DNA of 64,000 nt from Acidimicrobiia bacterium (GTDB lineage Bacteria; Actinomycetota; Acidimicrobiia; Spongiisociales; Spongiisociaceae): assembly GCA_965231815.1 (NCBI GenBank), contig OZ246890.1, forward strand, positions 2,747,351-2,811,350, read 5' to 3'. The notes under the pieces were generated by a model. That model was not told the DNA's origin. It ran no database searches and saw nothing but the letters and a program-made list of their open reading frames with translations. A program made the position numbers and the translations under genes. Each line of letters begins with the position of its first letter. Within the stretch, counting starts at the first letter, position 1. Below are positions 30,346 through 42,156 of the stretch, piece by piece.

Positions 30346-31014
30346 GTGGCCGTGGCCGAAGTCGGTGTGAGGAAGCAGTTGGCTGAATTGGCGGTGGAAG
30401 CCAGCGGCTGTACTTCGTGCCGTCTGAGCGAAACCCGAACCCGAGTTGTGTTCGCCGACGGTACACCCCCTGCGGACCTCATGTTTATCGGGGAAGGACC
30501 CGGCTATTACGAGGATCGTGAGGGAGTGCCGTTTGTCGGTAGAGCGGGCCGGTTGCTGGACCGTCTGCTGGTTCAGGTCGGTTTGAATAGGAAAGACGTC
30601 TACATAGCCAACGTCGTCAAGTGTCGACCTCCCGGCAACCGGGACCCACGCCCTGACGAGATCGATGCCTGCAAGCACTTTCTGGTCAGCCAGATCAGGC
30701 TGGTGGATCCGATTGTGGTGATGACCTTGGGCAATTTCGCCACCAAGCTGCTGCTGAAGACCGCCACGGGTATTACCAGAACGCGGGGAACCACCTATCC
30801 CTGGTGGAATCGGGTGGTCATACCGACCTTCCATCCGGCAGCTGCGCTACGCAGCGGACCGACCATGGCGGAGACGATCAGGGGCGACTTGGAGCTGGCG
30901 GTCCGGGAAATCCAGCGGCACAAAACGGAATCCCTATCCGATGAGGGACGGCTCGTGGATACCGCCGCCGACCCCGTCCGGCAGCCACCGGAACAGCTCG
31001 GGTTGTTCGGATGA
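30346..31014 (+). CDS. Uracil-DNA glycosylase family 4
   Basis: CTSCRL, GEGPG, PFVGRAG, KCRPPGNR, FHPAA. Confidence 0.93.
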   Translation: MAVAEVGVRKQLAELAVEASGCTSCRLSETRTRVVFADGTPPADLMFIGEGPGYYEDREGVPFVGRAGRLLDRLLVQVGLNRKDVYIANVVKCRPPGNRDPRPDEIDACKHFLVSQIRLVDPIVVMTLGNFATKLLLKTATGITRTRGTTYPWWNRVVIPTFHPAAALRSGPTMAETIRGDLELAVREIQRHKTESLSDEGRLVDTAADPVRQPPEQLGLFG

Positions 31015-31490
31015 TTATCCTGGAAGCCCCCACGGCCGCCGATACTCGCAGGCTGGGAAGGGCGCTGGCCGGACTGGTACGCAAGGGCGACATTATCCTC
31101 CTGACCGGAAGCCTCGGAACCGGCAAGACCGTCCTCGCCGCCGGGGTGGGAGAAGGCCTCGGAGTTTCCGAGCCACTCGTATCTCCGAGTTTCGTGCTGG
31201 CCCGGAGTTACACGGACGGGTTCATGCCGCTCGTGCACGCCGATGTCTACCGCCTCGGGTCATCGGCTGAGTTCGAGGACCTGGACTTGCTCGAGGCGAG
31301 CCGAGACGGACTGCTGATGGTCGAATGGGGAGATTCGGTGGCGCCGTTGCTGCCGGACACCTATCTGACGGTGGAGCTTTCCGGAACCGGCGACGAGGCG
31401 CGGGTAGTCCGTCTCAAGCCCCGAGGCACATGGTTGGACCGCTCGTTGGGTGAGTTGGTTGAGGTGTCCGAGTTGAGGTACCTATCATGA
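31011..31490 (+). CDS. tsaE: t6A biosynthesis ATPase TsaE
   Basis: GSLGTGKT, SPSF, HADVYRL, VEWG. Confidence 0.95.
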   Translation: MIILEAPTAADTRRLGRALAGLVRKGDIILLTGSLGTGKTVLAAGVGEGLGVSEPLVSPSFVLARSYTDGFMPLVHADVYRLGSSAEFEDLDLLEASRDGLLMVEWGDSVAPLLPDTYLTVELSGTGDEARVVRLKPRGTWLDRSLGELVEVSELRYLS

Positions 31491-32188
31491 AGGTCCTCGG
31501 GATCGAAACCGCGACCGGAGCATCTTCGGTGGCGCTCGTGGAGGACCGCAAAGTGGTGGCTTTCGCAAGCCGAGAAGGCAGGACCAAACATGAGCGCTTC
31601 CTCGTTCCCGCCCTGGACTTCTGCTTCGACCAAGCCGGGTGGAAGCCCGAAGACCTCGATGGCATTGCCGTCGACATAGGACCCGGCCTGTTCACGGGTA
31701 TTCGTGTGGGCATCGCGACCGCCCAAGGGATGGCCGCCATGCTGGGGATACCTCTGATGGCGGCATCATCCCTCGACGCCCTAGCTATACGTGCCGCTAC
31801 CCGACACCGGCACATATGGTCGATAGTCGATGTGCGCCGGGGAGAAGTAGCCGTTGCGAGCTATCACCCGATGCCGGGTGGAGCGGTGATGGACTCACCA
31901 CCTGAATTGGCGAGCTACGACAATCTGCGGGGAATCCTTGCATCCGACGCCCGAGACGTTCTGGTGGTTGGCGACCACGAGGCTCTGCCTGCGGCGGTTC
32001 TCCGTGGGATGCACCGGGTCAAGACCGGCCTGCCCCGATATCCGTCGGCTTCGGCGCTCGCTCAACTGGTAGCCCGCAGAGGCGAGCGAGGCGAGTTCGA
32101 CCGAAGCGAGGTTAGGCCCATGTACATGCGGGAGCCGGACATCCGGTTGGGTTCGGTTCACCTCCGGGAGACCAGCCCATGGGCATGA
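31487..32188 (+). CDS. tsaB: t6A biosynthesis protein TsaB
   Basis: LGIETAT, GPGLFTGIRVG, VDVRRGEV, PMYMR. Confidence 0.95.
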   Translation: MKVLGIETATGASSVALVEDRKVVAFASREGRTKHERFLVPALDFCFDQAGWKPEDLDGIAVDIGPGLFTGIRVGIATAQGMAAMLGIPLMAASSLDALAIRAATRHRHIWSIVDVRRGEVAVASYHPMPGGAVMDSPPELASYDNLRGILASDARDVLVVGDHEALPAAVLRGMHRVKTGLPRYPSASALAQLVARRGERGEFDRSEVRPMYMREPDIRLGSVHLRETSPWA

Positions 32189-32679
32189 CCCGAAGTCTAT
32201 CGGTCCGGGAGATGAACCCTCAGGACCTCTCTCAAGTCATGGAACTGGAACGTTCTACCTTCCAGACCCCTTGGACCAGGGAGATATTCGAAACGGAGAT
32301 GGACAATGCGGGGCGGTGCTACCTGGTGGCTGAGCATTCCGACCGGATAGTGGGGTTCGGGGGGCTGATGGTGGTCGATGTAGACGCCCACATCAACACT
32401 CTGGCTACGGTACGCCCGGCGCCCGTACCGGCCATCGGAACGCGGTTGATGCTCGCTCTCGTTAACCGGGGGCTTGAGCAGGAAGCCGAGTATCTGAGCC
32501 TGGAAGTCCGGGCTACAAACCATCGAGCACAAGAGTTCTACCGAAAGTTCGGCATGGCGCCGGTCGGAGTGCGGAAGTTCTACTACCAGGACGAGGACGC
32601 CCTTATCATGTGGGCCCACGACATCGGCGGACTCGAATACCGAGAACGACTGGACCGTATCGAGAAGGCGCTGCCGTGA
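32185..32679 (+). CDS. rimI: Ribosomal protein S18 alanine N-acetyltransferase
   Basis: GNAT fold, LEVRATN, RKFYY..EDALIM; conserved position between tsaB and tsaD. Confidence 0.92.
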   Translation: MTRSLSVREMNPQDLSQVMELERSTFQTPWTREIFETEMDNAGRCYLVAEHSDRIVGFGGLMVVDVDAHINTLATVRPAPVPAIGTRLMLALVNRGLEQEAEYLSLEVRATNHRAQEFYRKFGMAPVGVRKFYYQDEDALIMWAHDIGGLEYRERLDRIEKALP

Positions 32680-33680
32680 GCGAACCGGTAGTCCTGGCAT
32701 TCGAAACCTCATGCGATGAAACGGCGGTAGCTGTGGTTCGGGGCCGGGAAGTTCTTTCGAACGTTCTGTCCTCGCAGGTCGAAATCCATGCTCGATTCGG
32801 TGGGGTGGTACCCGAGGTAGCGGCCCGCGCCCATGTGGAAGCTATCCGGTCCCTTACGCATACGGCTTTGAGTGAGGCCGGGGTGCATCCTGATGACCTG
32901 GACGGAATCGCCGCCACCCGAGGACCCGGCCTGGTTGGCGCCCTGTTGATCGGCTTCTCGTTTGCCAAGGCGATGGCTTGGAGCCGCCGTCTCCCCTTCA
33001 TCGGGATCGATCACATGGAGGGTCACCTCTTCGCACCTACCCTCGACTACGAGGACTTCCAGCCCCCTGCTGTGGTGCTGCTGGCTTCCGGTGGCCACAG
33101 CCAGGTGGTGCTTGTGGAAGATTGGGGAAACTACCGGGTGCTGGGCCAGACCATCGACGACGCCGCCGGTGAGGCATTCGACAAGCTGGCCAGGTTCATG
33201 GGACTCGGTTTCCCGGGCGGACCGGCCATCGACTCCTTATCGGAGAAGGGCGACCCGGACAGAATCAGGTTCCCTCGGGCTTTGCCGCAGCGACGCTACG
33301 ATTTTTCTTTCTCCGGCCTCAAGACATCGGTGGTCACCAGGTTGGAGAAGGATCGGGCTTCCGGCGCCCTACCTAGCAGGGAAGACGTAGCGGCTTCCAT
33401 CCAGGAAGCGATCGTCGATGTCCTGATACAGAAGACCATGAATGCTGTTGAAGATCGCCGGGTCGCAACGGTGGGAGGAGGCGGGGGAGTTCTCGCCAAC
33501 CGTAGGCTGCGCAGCCGACTCCGGGAGGAAGCCGACCGGCGCGGCATCGGCCTTTTCCTTCCCCGTCCGATCATGTGTACCGACAACGCCGCCATGATCG
33601 GAGCCGCCGCGGGTTTCCGATTGGGGAGAGGCGAGTTAACCGGATGGGGTTCCCCGGTTGACTCATCGATGTCCCTCTAA
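32676..33680 (+). CDS. tsaD: t6A transferase TsaD
   Basis: ETSCDET, GGVVPEVAAR, HMEGH, SGGH, DDAAGEAFDK, TDNAAMI. Confidence 0.97.
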   Translation: MSEPVVLAFETSCDETAVAVVRGREVLSNVLSSQVEIHARFGGVVPEVAARAHVEAIRSLTHTALSEAGVHPDDLDGIAATRGPGLVGALLIGFSFAKAMAWSRRLPFIGIDHMEGHLFAPTLDYEDFQPPAVVLLASGGHSQVVLVEDWGNYRVLGQTIDDAAGEAFDKLARFMGLGFPGGPAIDSLSEKGDPDRIRFPRALPQRRYDFSFSGLKTSVVTRLEKDRASGALPSREDVAASIQEAIVDVLIQKTMNAVEDRRVATVGGGGGVLANRRLRSRLREEADRRGIGLFLPRPIMCTDNAAMIGAAAGFRLGRGELTGWGSPVDSSMSL

Positions 33681-33709
33681 GGAGCGAACTACCCCACCCG
33701 TAACTAGTG

Positions 33710-33764
33710 CTAGCACTCTCTCTTCAAGTCTGCTAAGTTAACACTCGTTTGGTGTGACTGCTAA
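33710..33764 (+). promoter_or_regulatory. Tandem CIRCE (HrcA operator) elements
   Basis: CTAGCACTC-N9-GTCTGCTAA (33710-33736) and TTAACACTC-N9-GACTGCTAA (33738-33764) versus consensus TTAGCACTC-N9-GAGTGCTAA, upstream of groES. Confidence 0.9.
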
Positions 33765-33830
33765 CTGCCCGCATCGGGTGGTCGGCCCGCACCGAGGAAG
33801 AATTATTCACCCGTTCAAGGAGGACTTCGG

Positions 33831-35802
<1,972 letters not shown>

Positions 35803-35832
35803 GCACAGGGAGTTCACTTCCAAAACACTGAC

Positions 35833-35866
35833 CGGGTGGGCCCGTCCGCGAGGACGGGCCCACCCG
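35833..35866 (+). terminator. Stem-loop after groEL, probable terminator
   Basis: Perfect 15-bp stem CGGGTGGGCCCGTCC-GCGA-GGACGGGCCCACCCG; no U-tract. Confidence 0.7.
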
Positions 35867-35941
35867 CGTCCTGAGGATGCCGGTCGTCCGGCTTCGGACC
35901 GGAGGCCGACACAAGGTTCCCTGAGGTCTATAGTGCCCTCA

Positions 35942-36931
35942 ATGCAGCATTTACCTTTCACCCAGTCCCTGCCCAGAGTCGACTTGGCTCTCAAACCAAC
36001 CCCGCTTCAGGAGTTTCCCAGGCTGAGAGAAACCTGGGGTGGACCCCATGTCTGGGTCAAGCGAGACGATTTGACCGGCTTCGGATTGTCGGGCAATAAA
36101 GTACGTAAACTGGAGTTTCATCTGGCGGCAGCCCGGGAAGCGGAAGCCGACACGGTCATCACCTGCGGAGCGGTCCAGTCCAACCATTGCCGGGCTACCG
36201 CTCTTGCCTGTGCCCGGTTGGGGTTCAAGGTACATCTGGTACTTCGCACCCAGGATGGCGCCGCACCCGATAAGGCAGTCGCAAACTTGTTCATCGACAC
36301 GCTGGCCGGCGCCAGTATCCGCTACATATCCGTGGCTGATTGGGAGCATAGGGACGAGATCATGGCGGAGGAGGCGGCTCGGTTGGCCGAGCAGGGCGCC
36401 AAGAGTTGGATCATCCCTCAGGGCGCCTCCGACCGGCTCGGTATGTGGGGAATGCATCTGGGATTCCGGGAGTTGATCGAGCAGATCCCCCAGGAGATCG
36501 GCGCCGACGTGGCCGAGATATGGCACACCGGTTCCTCGGGAGGCACTACGTCGGGATTCGGATGGGCGGCGGACCGGACCGGGTATCAAACACCCATAGT
36601 GGCCCTCTGTATCTCCGAGCCCGCCGAATCACTGGTTGCCCGGATTACCCGAATCTGGAGCTCGGGTGTGGAACTGTTCGGTGGTGAGATGCCCAACCCA
36701 CCACTCGAGTGCATAGACCGCTACCTGACCGGAGGATACGCCCAGGTAACCGAGGAGTTGGTCGAAACCCAAGCCGAAGCCACCCGGCTGACCGGCCTCC
36801 TGTTCGACCCCACCTATACCGGCAAAGCGATATACGGCCTCCGAAAGGAGATCGCGGCGGGTCGTTTCTCCGACGACGATCATGTGGTGTTCTGGCATAC
36901 CGGGGGTGGATTCGGCGCGCTGGTCGGGTAA
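35942..36931 (+). CDS. D-cysteine desulfhydrase/ACC deaminase family PLP enzyme
   Basis: KRDD, SGNKVRKLE, QSNH, DPTYTGKA, WHTGG. Confidence 0.92.
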   Translation: MQHLPFTQSLPRVDLALKPTPLQEFPRLRETWGGPHVWVKRDDLTGFGLSGNKVRKLEFHLAAAREAEADTVITCGAVQSNHCRATALACARLGFKVHLVLRTQDGAAPDKAVANLFIDTLAGASIRYISVADWEHRDEIMAEEAARLAEQGAKSWIIPQGASDRLGMWGMHLGFRELIEQIPQEIGADVAEIWHTGSSGGTTSGFGWAADRTGYQTPIVALCISEPAESLVARITRIWSSGVELFGGEMPNPPLECIDRYLTGGYAQVTEELVETQAEATRLTGLLFDPTYTGKAIYGLRKEIAAGRFSDDDHVVFWHTGGGFGALVG

Positions 36932-37055
36932 CCGGACCCAGCCTCATTCGCCTCCATCAACCGGAAGCAGGGACCGGTATCTCCACTCCGAGGTTGGGCA
37001 TTCCAACGCTTCACATAGCCAGATGGTTTGTTATCAGGTCGATCTCCGGTCTTAG

Positions 37056-37162
37056 GAGGGCCCTAAAAACGAATCTTGCGGGTTCGGAGGTCGGCCAACC
37101 GCCTGTTCAGAAAGTTGCGGATTAGCGGCTGAACCCCTTTGTACGGCGTTTCTCAGACCCTC
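37056..37162 (-). mobile_element. MITE copy 4 (inverted), directly after the TAG stop of the minus-strand ORF
   Basis: Reverse complement GAGGGTCTGAGAAAC...TTTTTAGGGCCCTC, flanked CTAG/CTAA on the minus strand. Confidence 0.8.
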
Positions 37163-37558
37163 CTAGACCAGCGCCGCGGCCTTCTCCATCCAGCCGGATA
37201 AGCGATCCTCATCAATGCCTGTCTGCTCTGCGAGTTCTTTAGCATTTGCGATCGCGAGTTGCTTGACAGTGCTGATACCGGCTGACTCGAGACGCTCGGC
37301 ATCTTCGGATGACACGCCGAGAACATCTACGAGCGTGGTGGAGGGCGGGGGACCTTCCTCCACTTCCGGCGCCTCCTGCTCAGGTGTTGCTTCCGGCGCC
37401 TCCTGCTCTGGCGCAGGTTCCGGTGCCTGAGGCTCCGGCGCAGGTTCCGGCGTCTGGGGCTCGCGGTTCAGCGTCATACCGACTAAGCGGTGCCTCACCA
37501 GCCATCCGACCGCGCCCAGGCCACCGAGGAATGCAAAAAACTTAAGTAACCGCTTCAT
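37163..37558 (-). CDS. Membrane-anchored protein with Pro/Glu linker and C-terminal helix-hairpin-helix-like domain
   Basis: N-terminal TM, PEPQAPE/PEQEAPE repeats, VLGVS..AERLESAGISTVKQLA. Confidence 0.75.
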   Translation of the reverse strand: MKRLLKFFAFLGGLGAVGWLVRHRLVGMTLNREPQTPEPAPEPQAPEPAPEQEAPEATPEQEAPEVEEGPPPSTTLVDVLGVSSEDAERLESAGISTVKQLAIANAKELAEQTGIDEDRLSGWMEKAAALV

Positions 37559-37691
37559 GACTCGCCTCTATCCTCCAGAATCCACTTGGTCGTTGATCGA
37601 CACTCAAGTGCGGCCAATGATACCCGTCGCCGAGGCCTACCGTCACTCGCTGGGATATCCGCTAGCCTCTTTCCGACAAAGGAGAGCCGGA

Positions 37692-38714
37692 TTGAAGATC
37701 GACTTTCATCTCCCCAGCGGTCCCCTCACGACGGTTCGACGCCAAACCGCTCGGGCTCGCAGCATCGGATATGACGGCATCTTCACTTCCGATACCGCCC
37801 ACGACCCGTTTCTCCGAGTCGCTGTCGCCGCCGAGGAGGCTCCCGACCTGGATATCGGCACGGCGGTGGCGGTAGCCTTCGCCCGTTCTCCGATGACCGT
37901 AGCGCAGGCGGCGTGGGACCTCGCCACCCTTACGCAAGGCAGGTTCCTGCTGGGGCTGGGAACCCAGGTCAGAGCACATATCGAACGTAGGTTCTCCATG
38001 CCCTGGGGATCGCCCGCCCGTAGGTTGGGGGAATACATAAGGGCGTTGCGCGCCATATGGACTGCCTGGCAGCAAGGTGAACCCCTCCGCTTTAGAGGCG
38101 AGTTCTACTCGTTCACGCTGATGACGCCGTTCTTCGATCCGGGACCGATCGACCACCCGGACATCCCGGTCTACATCGCCGGGGTAGGACCCCGAATGGC
38201 GCGTCTGGCCGGGGAGTCGGGCGACGGGTTTCACGTACATCCCTTCCATACCGTTCGGTTCCTTCGCGAGGTGACGCTACCCGCGATCAGAGAAGGAACC
38301 GCGCAAGCAGGCAGGAGTCCGGATCAGGTAGAAATGGCATCCAGCGTGTTCGTCATCACCGGCCGCGACCGCAAAGAGATGGAGACGATGCGTAGCCAGG
38401 TCAGACGACAGATCGCCTTCTACGCATCGACCCCGGTCTATCGACGAGTTCTGGAACTGCATGGATGGGGCTTCGGCCCACGCCTGACCGCAATGTCAAA
38501 ACGGGGACAATGGGAAAATATGGCCGAGCGGATAACCGATGAGGTGGTTTCGAAGGTAGCTGTGGAAGCTCCTCTCACCGAACTGGGTGATGCACTCCGC
38601 TCCCGCTACGAGGGCATCCTCGACCGGATCGGCTTGTACAACCTCGACATCGATGATTGCGGGATCACCGACCGGGAACTATCGGTCATCCTGTCGGCGG
38701 TACGCGGCTGCTAA
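37692..38714 (+). CDS. F420-dependent LLM-class oxidoreductase
   Basis: HDPF, AVAFARSP, LGLGTQVRAH, LMTPFF, FYASTP; TTG start after AAGGAG. Confidence 0.9.
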   Translation: MKIDFHLPSGPLTTVRRQTARARSIGYDGIFTSDTAHDPFLRVAVAAEEAPDLDIGTAVAVAFARSPMTVAQAAWDLATLTQGRFLLGLGTQVRAHIERRFSMPWGSPARRLGEYIRALRAIWTAWQQGEPLRFRGEFYSFTLMTPFFDPGPIDHPDIPVYIAGVGPRMARLAGESGDGFHVHPFHTVRFLREVTLPAIREGTAQAGRSPDQVEMASSVFVITGRDRKEMETMRSQVRRQIAFYASTPVYRRVLELHGWGFGPRLTAMSKRGQWENMAERITDEVVSKVAVEAPLTELGDALRSRYEGILDRIGLYNLDIDDCGITDRELSVILSAVRGC

Positions 38715-38932
38715 TCCGGACGCCGTACGAAACGGTTGCCGGCGCCGGACCTATGGCCGGCCAGGAAGGTCCATCACTGACTGCCACCAAACTCTCCTAT
38801 CAATCGCGAGCGGAATGTACACGTCCTGGTAGTCGACAAAACCATGACCTGGTCAGCCATTTCTCATATCCGGAGGCACCCCATGACCCGATTCCATATC
38901 GGCGGCGGGCGCTTCGGTGTAGGGTGCGGCGC

Positions 38933-39436
38933 ATGGCTAAGGGGCTCAACGAAAGGTCCGCCACTAGGAACCGGACCCACCTTCGCATGCCGATGAGAGG
39001 CGGCTTCGAGTTGTCCGCCGACCTCTACTACCGAGAGTCCTACGATCCCTCCCCGGCGATCATCAAATATCATCCCTACCGCAACGAGGACCTGCTACGG
39101 GATCCAACCTCTGATCGCGCCAACCGCTACGCCGCCCACGGGTACAGCACCACCCTGCCCTGCCTAGCTCACGCCCGCCCAAGCTCCACCCAGCCTGACC
39201 GCCGTTCTCGATCTACCGCGAGTGGGGCGGCTACGAGAACAACCATCAAGGCGACCACTCTCATCATCGGTGGCCGGCGCGACATCGTCGTTCCCGGTCC
39301 CTCCAACATGTACATGAACTCGAATCCAGACGTTGCCGAGTATGTGATGTTCGACCCATACCTGCGCCTCGCTCTCACCGACAGGTTGCCCGATCTCGCC
39401 CGCCGGAATGCCTCGACGCCGAGTGGCTCCCTGTGA
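38933..39436 (+). pseudogene. Remnant of a CocE/NonD hydrolase N-terminus joined to other debris
   Basis: MPMRGGFELSADLY..PAIIKYHPYR..YAAHGY, then an unrelated alpha/beta-hydrolase-like IKATTLIIGGRRDIVVP; no GxSY motif. Confidence 0.6.
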
Positions 39437-40818
39437 CCATCGACGCGAATTACGGATCGGCGCTCGATCAGGACCGCTCCCACATCATCCATCCGTTCAG
39501 CCAACTCGCCACCACCGAGGTCACTTCGGATGACATGTACGTTAGGGGCGCCGGGTGCTATCTGGAAGATGCTCGAGGGAACCGCCTGTTCGACGCCAAC
39601 GCCGGGCTTTGGTGTGTCAACATCGGTTATGGGCGGGGCGAGATGGTCGAGGCTATCCGGGAACAGGCGGCCCGGATGAGTTACGGGCAGATCTTCGCGC
39701 GGAACGCCAACCTGCCGTCTGCCGAGCTAGCCGCTCGCATCGCCGATCTAGGCCCCGCAGGAATGAACCGGGTCTTCCTGGGCACCGGTGGGTCGATCGC
39801 CAACGAGACCGCTATCCGGACCGCTCATCACTACTTCAGACTCCAAGATCGCGACAGCAAACGGTTGGTGCTTAGCGTCGACGGGTCCTACCACGGCTCC
39901 ACCTACCTGGCTGCCTCGCTGACCTTCTCCGGCAACTACCACGAGACGTTTCATGTGGCTGAAGTGGCCCGCTCGATCGCCGCGCCCTACCCGTACCGGG
40001 CACCGGATGGATTGGAAGGGAACCTGTTCGTAGACTACTTGGGGAACGATCTGGAACGGGCCATTGCCCGATTAGGTGTCGACAACATCGCCTGCTTCAT
40101 CCTCGAGCCTGTCCTGGGGGCGGGAGGGGTCATCGTGCCGCCGGAGGGCTACCACGCCCGCATGGTGGAGGTCTGCCACGCCAACGACATACTCGTGATC
40201 GCCGACGAGGTGGTGACAGGATTCGGTCGGCTGGGCCACTTCATGGCCGCCGAGCCGGTATTCGGAATGCAGGCCGATCTGGTCAGCCTTGGAAAGGGGA
40301 TCAGTTCCGGATACCAACCCCTGTCCGCAACCCTCGTGTCAGACCGTATCCACGAGGTCATCAGCGGATCCAAGGAACCGGATCGCATCTACGCCCACGG
40401 ATTCACCCACTCGGGACACCCGATATGCTGCGCAGCCGGTCTGGCCAACATCGACATCATGGAACGCGAGGACATCTGCGGCCACGTCATCCGGGTGGGC
40501 GCCACATTCCAGGACGGCCTGAAGGAACTCTACGGGTCCCCCCTGGTGGGGGAGGTAAGGGGCATGGGTTTCATGGCCGCGGTCGAGCTCGTAGCGGACC
40601 GGGACACCAAGGAGATATTCCCCTCCGAAGTGGACATTTCAGGTCGGGTCGAGGCGCATTGCCGGAACCAAGGCCTGATCGTGCGACCCCTCCGCCAGCA
40701 CATCATCCTGTCGCCTCCCTTGATAATGACAGCAGAAGAGGGTGACCGGGTGGTCGGCGTGGTCGGCCGGAGCTTGGAGCGGGTGGAGTCGGACCTGCGG
40801 AAAGAAGGATTTCTGTGA
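39433..40818 (+). CDS. Class III (omega-amine/beta-amino acid) aminotransferase
   Basis: AGLWCVNIGYGR, YHGST, ADEVVTGFGR, LGKGISSGY, HGFTHSGHP. Confidence 0.95.
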   Translation: MTIDANYGSALDQDRSHIIHPFSQLATTEVTSDDMYVRGAGCYLEDARGNRLFDANAGLWCVNIGYGRGEMVEAIREQAARMSYGQIFARNANLPSAELAARIADLGPAGMNRVFLGTGGSIANETAIRTAHHYFRLQDRDSKRLVLSVDGSYHGSTYLAASLTFSGNYHETFHVAEVARSIAAPYPYRAPDGLEGNLFVDYLGNDLERAIARLGVDNIACFILEPVLGAGGVIVPPEGYHARMVEVCHANDILVIADEVVTGFGRLGHFMAAEPVFGMQADLVSLGKGISSGYQPLSATLVSDRIHEVISGSKEPDRIYAHGFTHSGHPICCAAGLANIDIMEREDICGHVIRVGATFQDGLKELYGSPLVGEVRGMGFMAAVELVADRDTKEIFPSEVDISGRVEAHCRNQGLIVRPLRQHIILSPPLIMTAEEGDRVVGVVGRSLERVESDLRKEGFL

Positions 40819-41044
40819 CCCGGGGGGACGCAATCGCATCCACCGGAGATCGCCGGGAACGGTCGCGCCGTTCGGTCTGCCCCAGACCGGGACCACCCCG
40901 CGCCAAGACGTAGGAACCGTAGCGGGATCGCAGCAGACCGGTTCTCACCCGCCCACTCTCCACGTTTCCGCGCAGCCTCAGCTATGGCCGCCACTACGCT
41001 CGAACCGATAAGATCCGATCTCTACGATGAGGAGCTTCCGGCTG

Positions 41045-42130
41045 ATGAACTTGATCCAGACGGTTACCGGACCGCTGCATCCCGACGATTTGGGCGTCGT
41101 ATCCCTCCACGAACACGTCTACTCGGGTGGTGGGCCCGCCCTCTATGCAGACCGGGAGGACTATTCGGACTTCCCCTACTGGGACCTTCCGATCACCATC
41201 GACATCCTCGGCGCCCTCCGTAGAGGGGCCCCAAATCGTGAGAACATGTCCCTCAACGACGAGGGGATCGCCACCGAGGAACTCGGCTACTTCGCCGCCT
41301 TGGGTGGAAGGACGGTGGTCGACAACACAGGCCTAGGCCTCAACCGCGATCCGGAAGCCCTTCGCCGGATCGCCGAGGCCACCGGACTCAACATCATCAC
41401 GACCACCGGGTTCTACAAACACGACATGCACCCTCCATGGGTCAGGAAGATGAACGCCGATCAGGTGGCCGATCTTATGGTGGAGGAGATCGAAGAGGGG
41501 ATCGCGGGCTCGGGCATCCGGGCCGGATCCATCGGCGAGTGCGCCTGCTCGGAGGATCCGCTTCCCTACCACCCTGAGGAAGAGAAGATCCTGAGGGCGG
41601 CATGCCGGGCCCAGATCCGGACCGGGGTGGGCTTTACCATCCACCCCTCGATCTTCAATGCCCGTCAAGGCGGCATCGCCACCGTTGGCGAGGCATATGT
41701 AGACCTGATCGAGGAGGAGGGCGCCGACCTCGGCAGCTTCTACCTGAGCCACTGCGACCTGAGCCTGGACCATCTCGACTATCACCGCAGGCTCCTCGAC
41801 CGGGGCGCCACGATCTCCTACGACACCTTCGGGTACGAGGGCATCAACTCGCCTGAGTTCCTGGGGGGATGCCGCATGCCCTCCGACATCGAACGGGTGA
41901 ACTGCATAGCCGCCCTCTGCGAGGAGGGTTACGACCGCCAGATCGTGATGGCCCAGGACGTGGGGATGCGGATGCTCTGGAAGCGTTACGGCGGGTCGGG
42001 GTACTCGCTGGTGCTCGAATGGGCGGTGCCCTTGCTACGGCAGCAGGGAGTCACCGAGCAGCAGATCCACAACATGCTGGTGGAGAACCCCAAGCGGATC
42101 CTGACCCCCACCCCGGGTGGTACGGGGTAG
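41045..42130 (+). CDS. Phosphotriesterase family amidohydrolase
   Basis: IQTVTGP, LHEH, GLNRDP, RAGSIGE, SHCD, AQDV, ENPKRIL. Confidence 0.92.
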   Translation: MNLIQTVTGPLHPDDLGVVSLHEHVYSGGGPALYADREDYSDFPYWDLPITIDILGALRRGAPNRENMSLNDEGIATEELGYFAALGGRTVVDNTGLGLNRDPEALRRIAEATGLNIITTTGFYKHDMHPPWVRKMNADQVADLMVEEIEEGIAGSGIRAGSIGECACSEDPLPYHPEEEKILRAACRAQIRTGVGFTIHPSIFNARQGGIATVGEAYVDLIEEEGADLGSFYLSHCDLSLDHLDYHRRLLDRGATISYDTFGYEGINSPEFLGGCRMPSDIERVNCIAALCEEGYDRQIVMAQDVGMRMLWKRYGGSGYSLVLEWAVPLLRQQGVTEQQIHNMLVENPKRILTPTPGGTG

Positions 42131-42156
42131 GCATCGGAGCGACCAGAGGACCGGTG